From positions 23,312,001-23,376,000 of the forward strand of contig OX597816.1 in the NCBI GenBank assembly GCA_951406725.2: DNA of 64,000 nt, in the 5' to 3' direction. A program made the translations under genes and the position numbers. Source of the stretch: Octopus vulgaris. Lineage: Eukaryota. Below, piece by piece: positions 54,213-64,000 of this stretch. The notes beneath the pieces are model-generated. The model was given only the letters and a program-made list of their open reading frames with translations, did not search any database and was not told the origin of the DNA. Positions within the stretch are counted from its first letter, which is position 1, and every line of letters starts with the position of its first letter.

Positions 54213-55276
54213 ACTTGTTAGGAGAGGTAGCTCCAGTGGTGCTTGTGAAGGTGGTTGTCGTGGTATAATTGATGCAGTAGTAATGATGGTGGTTATGCAA
54301 CGGGTATATTTGGGGTAACCTTTGAAAGTTATGATGTGTGTTTTTCTTCGAGTTCTCTCGTAGTAATGTAAAATAAGGCAGGAGCTACTGAGGTACAAAC
54401 GTTGTGCCATAATGTTATTATTAAGCGACGTGAGCTTGGTTTTTGTTGGGGATGTAATGCTTTAGATAGTTTGTGAACTTGAAACCGGTATCGTGTTTCG
54501 ATTATATTAATTGAATATTTCTCACATCGTACAAAGGATGAGGCGTTTAACGTTCAAAGTGTTGGACAGATTAGAGTTTAACTTCTTTGTGGAGATGCCA
54601 ATAGTCAACAAACGCATATTAACGCACTTCTTATCGACGCCTGACTTATGACATGCTTAACGCTTCTATGCATTATAGAGAATCAAAGAGCAGTGGATTC
54701 GCAGAATTACTAAACAGCTGAGCAAAATACCTTGCTGTGTTTCTTCCAGCTTTCAACATTCTGAATTAAAATCCCATCCAGGTCATCTATGACTGACATC
54801 TCTCCCTGGTCGATAAGTTTAAGCAGCAGTCAAGTACTGGTACGTTTTAATCGACTAACCCCTTAACTTCCAACATTTCAATCCTTGCACCTAATGCTTA
54901 GAACTTGTATTAACAACTATATATAAAATTAGAAATTATACGAAATTCGTGGTACTCTTCTGCCTCGAATATATTCTTACCAATCCATACGACTCTCAGC
55001 AACTGACATATTTTAGACAAATAAACCCGAATTGCTGTAAATTATCGTTATTCTAATTCGGGTAGCAAACAGGTAAATATTCTGTTCGATTAGGAGGGGA
55101 GCTCCTTTTGCAACCACGTGGTTTCGGATTCCGTGCCACTCGGTGACACCTTTGCCAAGTGTCTTCTACTATAACCTCGGATCGACCAATGCTTCGTGAG
55201 TTTTTTTAGAATTTAGTAGACTAAAAATGTGCAAAAACCCATCATATACGTTAAATATATAAAGATACACACATGC

Positions 55277-55347
<71 letters not shown>

Positions 55348-55451
55348 ATAATTATTATTTGAGGGAATAAAATCCATTTCTTGCAAGGAAAAAATTTCAA
55401 TTTAGAAGTACTAAATCAAATTTCACACAATATATATATATATATATATAT

Positions 55452-55760
55452 AAATTGGAAAAAAATACCACCTTTTATTTTATTTTATTGTTCTAGTTTA
55501 TTATTAACCTAATGAGTGACTATATTTATATCGAAGTGATTTCTCTACTACTATAATCATTTCTTAAATATAGCCACGAAACACGTGTCGTTATTCTACA
55601 AATTAGATACGCTTTTATTATTATTTTATTTGCAATTTATTTAATCATTGACATTTTATTGTTACTTTAATTTTAATATTTCTATTATTTGTAATTTTCT
55701 AGATGGTGTAATTTAATTGTTCACTTTGAATTGATAAAAGGTGTGTTTTTTTCTAAATTT
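55452..55760 (+). mobile_element. (TA)n-embedded element with ~27-bp inverted ends and a mutated HHR
   Basis: Ends aaattggaaaaaaataccaccttttat / ataaaaggtgtgtttttttctaaattt. HHR at 55505-55593: taac-CTAATGA-gtgactatattta...taaatatagccac-GAAA-cacgt-GTC-gtta. Confidence 0.7.
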
Positions 55761-55764
55761 GTAT

Positions 55765-55797
<33 letters not shown>

Positions 55798-56036
55798 CAA
55801 GGACAAAAGAAAAAAAGTGTGCTCATGACTTAGTGTTTGTTTCTTCCATGGGTATAAGTAAGTATTTCATTTATTTATATGGTTATTGACGATTTATCTA
55901 TTTTCGGCATATTTGGCATTAGAAGTTTTTTCCTTTGTCATTGTTCATAAGTTGTTTATTAATTTAACCTTTAAAGGTAATATTAATATGCTGGCCATTG
56001 ATAGAATGTTTTTTCGAAAAATTTTGTCCTATATTA

Positions 56037-56092
<56 letters not shown>

Positions 56093-56974
56093 CATACATA
56101 CATACATACATACGCATTACCTTTGTGCTTTTGTGCTTCTCCTTACCTACTGCTTGACAACTGATGTTGGTTCGTACAGATCCCGGTACTTCAAAGGCGA
56201 CTAATAGAATAAGATGCACACTTAAGAATAGGCACTTTGGTGGATTTGGGCGACAAAACCTTTGAAGGTGGTGCCTGTGCATAGTTGCAGTCTAATGGCT
56301 GAAACAACCAAAGTAAAATATAAAGAGAAATAACTGATATAACTTCCCATTTTAAAGTTCCTCTGAAACGACTGCTTGTGAGATAATCGATGACGAAGTT
56401 GAATCAATCTTTCTGAAGAGGATCACGCTTTGTTGTTGTAGATATTTTGCTTCTTATTCTTGTGTATCAAACTAGTCTTTTTTTCTCCATATGTCTGTAA
56501 ACATTTCCATGAGCCGAGCTTCAGCTATGAACCTTTATCTTCATTTCTCATCTACAAGTCTTATGCTAACATGCTAAGAGCTAAAGTCGATCGATAGGTA
56601 ATATAAGAAGAAACTCAAATTATGAAGGCAATAAAATTATAATTAGAGTTTATAATGATAAGTTATAAACGCCTGGCTATACTTTACAACAACATATATA
56701 ATTATATGTTAAGAATCACAATAAAATTACAATAGCTATAAACTAATTATAAGTCACAAATTATTATCATAAATTATAATTACAACAGAACATCACATAA
56801 AGTTTGAAACACAATACTTGTAAATATTTTCCAGCAACTAAATTACTAGATATTAATCCGTGAAGATCTATGAAAGTATAGAGCATCTTAAACCCTTATA
56901 ATATTTTCGGTAATGCTTTGTGAAAATATTTGCTCGGACCACTCAAAGAATATATAACTGATTTACATGAAAAA

Positions 56975-57489
56975 TACCGTCAATCCTCGAGTATAATCCG
57001 CAATTTTTCCCAAAATTTAATGGTCAAAATCTCTAGTGTGTACTATATACGAGGTTAAAAATGAAAAATATTTTCTAAGCAATGTCCGAGTCTCTATTTG
57101 CTGCCCGGCAATATTTATTCAGACGCATTTTGTGATGTCGGGCGCGAAAATACCTTAAACTATGCCTGAAAGCAATGAAGTCATAAAAGAATCAATCATA
57201 ACTTGCAGTAAGCAACAGTTATTAAAATAAACGTATTCAGAACACAGAATAACATGTAACAAAAACAATTTGCAAACATATTTACAGTCCCATATAACAG
57301 TTAAGAACATCACCATTATTGTATTACGCATGCGCGGAAGTGTTTGTTCGATTTGGTGCTGCTGGCTTAATTACGCACAGCTCAAATTAGAGAAGGGTGT
57401 GTATTATACACAAGGTTTAGGTTTTTCAGAAGTACAGCCCGCTATAAATCCCCTGCGTATTATACTCAAGGGCGGAGTATACTCGTGGA
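56975..57489. mobile_element. pogo/Tigger-like MITE, right end truncated by SINE B
   Basis: Left end TA-ccgtcaatcctcgagtataatccgc; the right end gcggagtatactcgtgga is its reverse complement with 2 mismatches. Confidence 0.65.
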
Positions 57490-57829
57490 CGACTTTGCCG
57501 TTTATCTTTCTGGGTTCGATGAATTAAGTACCAGTTAAACACTGGAGTCGAAGTTCGTCTTCAATCGACTGCAACCTCAAATGCGTGGCTGTGTTCATAT
57601 ATTAAAAACCATTCTTTATTCTCTTATGGTAAAATGTGGAAGATAGCGTGATATTGTAATGTTTATATTGCAATTCAATGTTATAACCTGTGTTCCATTG
57701 TTGTATCTTACAAAATAACGTTCAATCCGATCACAGTTTCCCCCAAATGATGGTAATAAAAGGTATTAAGAACAAAAGGAAACAGAAAAAAAATTGGAGT
57801 CGTTTGTTTTACTTTCTGGGTATTCTTCC

Positions 57830-58383
57830 TGATTGCATCGACCCCGGTGCATAACTGGTACATAATTTATCGATGCAGAAAGGATGAAAGGCGAAGTCGA
57901 CATCGGCGGAATTTGAACTCAGAAATTTGTGGCCGACGAAATACCTATTTCTTTACTACCCACAAGGGGCTAAACAGAGAGAGGACAAACAAGGACAAAC
58001 GGATTAAGTCGATTATATCGACTCCAGTGCATAAATGGTACTTAATTTATCGACTCCGAAAGGATGAAAGGTAAAGTCGACCTCGGCGGAATTTGAACTC
58101 AGAACGTACCGGCAGACGAAATACCGCTAAGCATTTCACACGGCGTGCTACCGATTCTGCCAGCTCACCGCCTTAATAATAATAATAATGGTTTCAAATT
58201 TTGCCACAAGGGCAGCCATTCTTGGGGAGGGGATGAATCGATTACATCGACTCCAGTGTTTAACTGGTACTTAATTTATCGACCCCGAAAGGATAAAAGG
58301 CAAAGTCGACCTCGGCAGAATTTGAACTCAGCGCATAATGGCAAACGAAATTCGTGCTAACGATTCCACCAGCTCACCACCTT
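57830..58383 (-). mobile_element. Cluster of SINE family B copies
   Basis: Three units and two heads, separated by (AAT)n. Confidence 0.88.
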
Positions 58384-58401
58384 AATAATAATAATAATGA
58401 T

Positions 58402-58490
<89 letters not shown>

Positions 58491-59874
58491 GAAGAAGAAG
58501 AAGAAATGGCGTTTCAGTAAGTTTACATGTTTCTAAGACATTCGTGCAGTTAAGATATTCTCTGATTCTTCTGTACACTTAACTAAACCCTGCATGAAGC
58601 CATTTTCCAAGTACAAGACAGTAAAGAAAAATATTATGAAGCTAAAAACTAACAAAAATGACAGAAATATGCACTATAAATAATCAACATACAAGAATAA
58701 CATATTCGATCCTTGCATCTGATATACCAATAAATTGTATGCCAAGACGTAAATACAAGGCCTTTGCCTTTGTTCGTCTCTCCAACTCGAATACATATTC
58801 CATATATTCAATGCTGTTTTTAATATCTTTTTGATCAATCTATAAATATGCTATTTAACTATCTTTCATGTAAATCAGCCATACAGCCTTTGAGTGGTCC
58901 GAGCAAATATTTTCACAAAGCATTACCGAAAACAATATGAGGGTTTAAGCTGTACTGTTCTTTCGTAGATCTGATTATACGCTGCAAAGATGTCTTATTC
59001 GTAAACCCATAAAAGCATTAACAGGAATCTACATAAGGTAAATCAATTATTCCATGTTGTTGCGCTTTGCCAAATGCTAAGTATATTACGATAAAAGTAT
59101 TCTTGCACAGATATTTATAGCATAGGCATTAGGTATTTAAGTGAAAGAATGTGCTTTTGGGCAGCTCGTTTAACCGAGTGGTGAAGCAGGTGAAACGGGT
59201 GAAGCAGGCATGGTGGATTCAGAACTGAAACTGACTGTCATAGGATGCACAGTTCGTTTCCAAATTTTTCCACAGTGTTCAAATATACTCTGTAATTTTC
59301 ATTCGATTTTAATTTAATATTCTGTGAACTATTAATGATGAGCATTGCTGTATATATTCCAACACCTGAGTCCACGGATAAAGCAGTTAATTCTCATTTC
59401 GTCCAGTCTATCTAACAGGAGTGGAATGAATATTGCCAACCTCATAATATTTTGCTGAGGGGTACACAATATCCACGAGCTACTTTATTATTTTTAGGGT
59501 CAAGTTCGAAAGATACAGCCAACATCACTGAGATATGCTTTAATTATTTCGGATGAGGAGGAAAATTTATCTAAAGGTTCTATGACAAAATAGTCTATAG
59601 AGTTGATTTGTGTATGTAAACGCATAAAATTCTTCTTCTATAAGAGTTTCGGAACAATATGTTTCATAAAATCTACAACGTGAGATTCTATACTCAAAGA
59701 TATAACGATGTATTCGATAGCAGAATAATAAAAGGAATTACAAAATTCAATTTCAGCAAAAATTGTGACGAAATATCTAAAATGTGATCACCAAACTCGT
59801 GTTATTTCGTTTATTTTGTTACTCTAAAATATATTTAAATACATACAAACTTACATATATTTAGGATCTCTATT

Positions 59875-59924
<50 letters not shown>

Positions 59925-60037
59925 AAGAGAGAGAGAGAGAGAGAGAAAGAGAAAGAGAGAAACAGGCAAAAGGGAATATATGTATACGTATATGTACACA
60001 CACACACACACATACACACACAGACACACACACACAG

Positions 60038-60080
<43 letters not shown>

Positions 60081-60289
60081 GGTGAGTTAAAGTAGAGGTT
60101 ATGACAACCGTCAAAGGCTTACTTGTATCCAATGAATTAACACGTGTATTACTTATATGTGATTATGGGTATTAGTATTAATGCTCATAGATGATAGGTA
60201 AGGAAAGGAATAAACAGAGGCTTATGTATATTTACCTTAAATATTGATAACCAAATACAGTAAATAGTAAGCGAAAACAGGACTCTCTT

Positions 60290-60702
60290 TTCTCTTTTAC
60301 TCTTTTACTTGTTTCAGTCAGTTGACTGCGGCTATGCTGGAGCACCGCCTTTAGTCGAGCAAATCGACCCCGGCACTTATTCTTTGTAAGCCCAGAACTT
60401 ATTCTATCGGTCTCTTTTGCCGAACCGCTAAGCGACGGGGACATAAACACACCAGCATCGGTTGTCAAGCAATGCTAGGGGGACAAACACAGACACACAA
60501 ATATACACGCACACACACATACATATATATACATATATACGACGGGCTTCTTTCAGTTTCCGTCTACCAAATCCACTCACAAGGCTTTGGTCGGCCCGAG
60601 GCTATAGTAGAAGACACTTGCCCAAGGTGCCACGCAGCGGGACTGAACCCGGAACCATGTGGTTGGTAAGCAAGCTACTTACCACACAGCCACTCCTGCG
60701 CC
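60290..60702 (-). mobile_element. SINE family A
   Basis: Full match. Confidence 0.9.
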
Positions 60703-60975
60703 TACGTACGAAATTTAAAGTGCCAGTTCATACTTGGTGACACATCTCTATGAAAAGAGGTTTCTAAACAGCCATGACTGTGGTAAGAATTTTGCTTTCT
60801 AACTACATGATTCCCAGTTCAGTCCCATGTGCGGAACCTTAGACAAGCATCTTTTACTGCAACCCGGGGCCGACAAATAACTTGTGAGTGGATTTGGTAA
60901 GCGGAAACTGAAAGAAGCCATCGTACAGATATATGGGTGTGGGTGTGAGCGTGTGTGTTTGTGTATGTTTGTGTG

Positions 60976-61018
<43 letters not shown>

Positions 61019-61384
61019 TTGTCTGTGTGTGTGTGTCTGGGTGTGTCTGTGTGTGTGTGTGTCTGGGTGTGTCTGTGTCTGTGTTGTCCCCCACCACTGC
61101 TTGACAATGGGTACTAGGTTTCAAAAAGCATTAAGAACTGGGTTCGATTCATTCGACAAAGAAATTCTTCAAGATGGTGCTCCAACATGGCCGCAGACTA
61201 AAGACGGTCTGATCATTCGGCTGATTTTGTTGGTCACCAGGATATCGGTCGTGAAATTAACAAATGCGATTTCGAAGAAATTTGCGAAATGTTTTCCTCT
61301 CTCTCTTGTCTTCCTTATTAATATAAGAACAGCATCGAGCTTACATTCATAAAATTCTTTGTAAAAGAGTTGAAGACATTTCCT

Positions 61385-61611
61385 CTTTCACTCTTTTACT
61401 TGTTTCAGTCACTTGACTGTGGCCATGCTGCAGCACCAAATTTAGTCGAGCAAATCGACCACATGACTTATTCTTTGTAAGCCTAATACCTATTCTATCG
61501 GTGTCTTTTGCCGAACCGCTAGGTTACAAGGACGTAAACACACCAGCATCGGTTGTCAAGCGATGTTGGGGGACAAACACAGACACACAAACATATACAC
61601 ACACATATATG

Positions 61612-61694
<83 letters not shown>

Positions 61695-62058
61695 GAGTGT
61701 ATTTTCCCTTAACAATTAACACAGAAAGCATATATATAAATAGTTACCAGGGTAGCAAAAATTCACACAAGTAAAGAGGTTGTAATTCCTTGGTTTTAGA
61801 GATAGAAACTTCGGACTTACGTGGAATTTCATTTATATATATATATATATGTTCAATATGTGACCGCGTGTGTATAGTTGGCGATTTTCTTTCTACGTCT
61901 TCCCTTCCTTGGACCTTTCCTTTTTCTATGTTTCTGACGAAGGGCTCCGCTCGAAACGTTGAATCCTCCTTCTTTCTTTCATCTTCTGAGCGGCCAATAA
62001 CACTATCCTTGTTCCAGGTCCTAGCTTTGTTGTATTTTCTCTTCGTTCATGTTTGGAG

Positions 62059-62093
<35 letters not shown>

Positions 62094-62247
62094 GACGGGC
62101 TTCTTTCAGTTCCCGTCTACCAAATCCACTCACAAGGCTTTATTCGGCCCGAGGCTATAGCAGAAGACAGTTGCCCAAGGTGACACGCAGTGAGACTGAA
62201 TACGTGGTTGGTAAGCAAGCTATTTACCACATAGCCACTCCTACGCC
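61385..62247 (-). mobile_element. SINE family A split by insertions in its central (TA)n
   Basis: Tail part at 61385-61610; head part at 62090-62247. Confidence 0.85.
61858..62064 (+). mobile_element. Family H1 HHR-bearing element
   Basis: ttt-CTGACGA-a-gggc(tcc)gctc-GAAA-C-GTT-gaa at 61931-61963. Homologous to 8773-8970. Confidence 0.7.
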
Positions 62248-62837
62248 TAGAACGTTTTTTTCTTTTAAATAGCCATAAATGTATAAACATTGCAATTTGT
62301 CTCACCATTTCACTTCTCACAGTCAATCCACCAATATGGCATGGTATCCTCTATGAAAAACATAAGCGCTGGTTGCAACCGTCCCACGATTTTACAAAAG
62401 GAAAAAAATCTTCAGAAAATATAGTCCTTAAATGAGTTACGCAGAAAATGTATGTATGTTTCTTGGCTGTGTCTCTTTACGCACGTTCGTCTTTCTGAAT
62501 GTATACACTCCTAATTCTGGTAATAGAAGCTTCAAAGCAATTCAATTACATTTATACAGATCAATTTTGCTGTCCACTTCACAGATGTAAACCTTTAATT
62601 AATTTAAAGGAAACATAGCTAAAGAGATAATGGAAGAAGTTGCAAAGTATAACTGATTTATAGACAGACAGCAACAGCGGTTTACTTTTCTCTTTTCTTG
62701 GCGTGCTGATTCATCGAAGTATGTTAATATAATCTAGTCGATACAAATATTATGATCTTTTGATAATCAATGCAGTAGTATACTATCGATGAAGAGAACA
62801 ACACTTCATATACATATACGTATATATATATATTGAT

Positions 62838-63153
62838 AGAAATGGTAAAACAACAAAAGAATGAAAGAGACCTCGATATTATGTAAACAGAGGAATTTAT
62901 CTGTAAAATTAATATGTGACAATTATTCGGTAGCCATGATAAAACTCCGAGTTTCGGATGTCGGGGTAGAAACCCACGCCACCATCTGTTCATTCTTTTT
63001 TCGATGGCCGGATAACTGAAGAGATGGAGGCGTGGGTTTCCGCCTCGACATCCGAAGCTAGGAGTTTTATCATGGCTACCGAATTATATTTACAGATAAA
63101 TTCCTCTGTTTACATAATATCGAGGGTCTCTTTCATTCTTTTGTTGTCTTACC

Positions 63154-63159
<6 letters not shown>
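62838..63159. mobile_element. Foldback element (inverted arms of about 150 bp) with degenerate HHRs
   Basis: Arms 62838-62992 and 63017-63159. Plus strand: gataa-CTGAAGA-gatg..catc-c-GAAG-ctaggagtt-ttatc. The left arm retains GAAACTCGGAGTT on the minus strand. Confidence 0.7.
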
Positions 63160-63203
<44 letters not shown>

Positions 63204-63246
63204 ATATATATATATATATATAGATTTATATATATATATACAGATT

Positions 63247-63301
<55 letters not shown>

Positions 63302-63735
63302 AACAAAAGAATTTTCTTTCGTGTCTCGTAAATTCTTTCTGTTATAGGCATAAGACCTAAACATTTAGAAGGACAGGCGATTACATTGACCCCAGTGCTC
63401 CAGTGGAACTTATTTCATCGACTCCTATATAACGAAGGTCAAAGTCCACCTCAGAACAGAATTTGAACTCAGAACATAAAGACGGCATGCTAATGATTTT
63501 ACCCTCTGGCCGACTTAAATCTTAGCGATGTATAACCACGACACCAAAGTGACGTCGCAACATTTGTGCCTTGTAAAAGAATAGGTTATTATGGAAGTTG
63601 TATTATGATAATAACATTGCTGATTTCGTTTTTGTTGAGGTATAATTTTTTTAGTATATTATTCTATTTTGTTTTCTCATAGCAACAATGCCCATTTGGA
63701 ATAAAATATTGAAATTGAGAGGCTGGAAGTAAATA

Positions 63736-64000
63736 TTGGGTTGTCCGGAAAGTTCGTGCCGATTTATAGTAGCTTACATTTCGACTTATTTTAGAACATG
63801 GTTGAGTCCATAAAATAGGATTTGACTACACCTCCATTTAGAGCACAGTTTAAGCTATCTTTTCGTGGAAGAAGGTTTATGTTCCTATAACCTGTGTTAA
63901 TTATGTAACCCTTTAAAATGGAAGATAAGAAAGTTCATTTTCGGAACTTGATGCTTTGGGAACTAGACAAAAATTGCTGCAGCTCGGCTAGAATGTGTTA
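63736..64000 (+). mobile_element. Internally deleted mariner transposon (runs off the window)
   Basis: TA then the TIR ttgggttgtccggaaagttcgtgccgattt. The ATG at 63918 gives MEDKKVHFRNLMLWE, then the sequence jumps to TRQKLLQLG*NVL, which in mariner transposases precedes HPPYSPDL. Confidence 0.8.

Larger units (their letters stand above)
56864..58972. repeat. Pair of ~110-bp diverged inverted repeats (possible old TIR element)
   Basis: 56864-56976 is the reverse complement of 58860-58972 (shared core ttttcggtaatgctttgtgaaaatatttgctcggaccactcaaag). Confidence 0.7.

Noticed and set aside
56413-56477. CTGAAGA...AAACTAGTC hammerhead-like string
   Set aside because: G12 is missing and stem I cannot form (ttt against ttt).

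Overview
This is eukaryotic, AT-rich, microsatellite-saturated DNA. The tRNA-derived SINE families resemble those of octopus genomes; that assignment is an inference from recalled SINE sequences. I found no credible host exon, rRNA, intact tRNA or CRISPR array, and nearly all listed ORFs are microsatellite or SINE artefacts. The window holds four tRNA-headed SINE families (A about 25 copies, B about 20, C 4, D 1-2) and decayed LINE fragments (R4/Dong-like RLE, CR1, Crack/L2-like, RTE). It also holds DNA-transposon derivatives (Mutator MITE, hAT, pogo-like MITE, deleted mariner) and a (TAA)n-targeting non-coding element in 3 copies. The main hidden signal is at least seven mutually unrelated, short non-coding elements carrying minimal type I hammerhead ribozyme (HHR) motifs: CTGANGA, stem II, GAAA, a short and mostly palindromic stem III, NUH, stem I. 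Most are inserted in (TA)n tracts, several inside the central microsatellite of SINE A. They occur as a young 1.47x tandem of a 533-bp monomer (retrozyme-like), as inverted twin-HHR foldbacks, and as a tRNA-headed HHR element. All coordinates and base pairings were read by eye; element edges are approximate.
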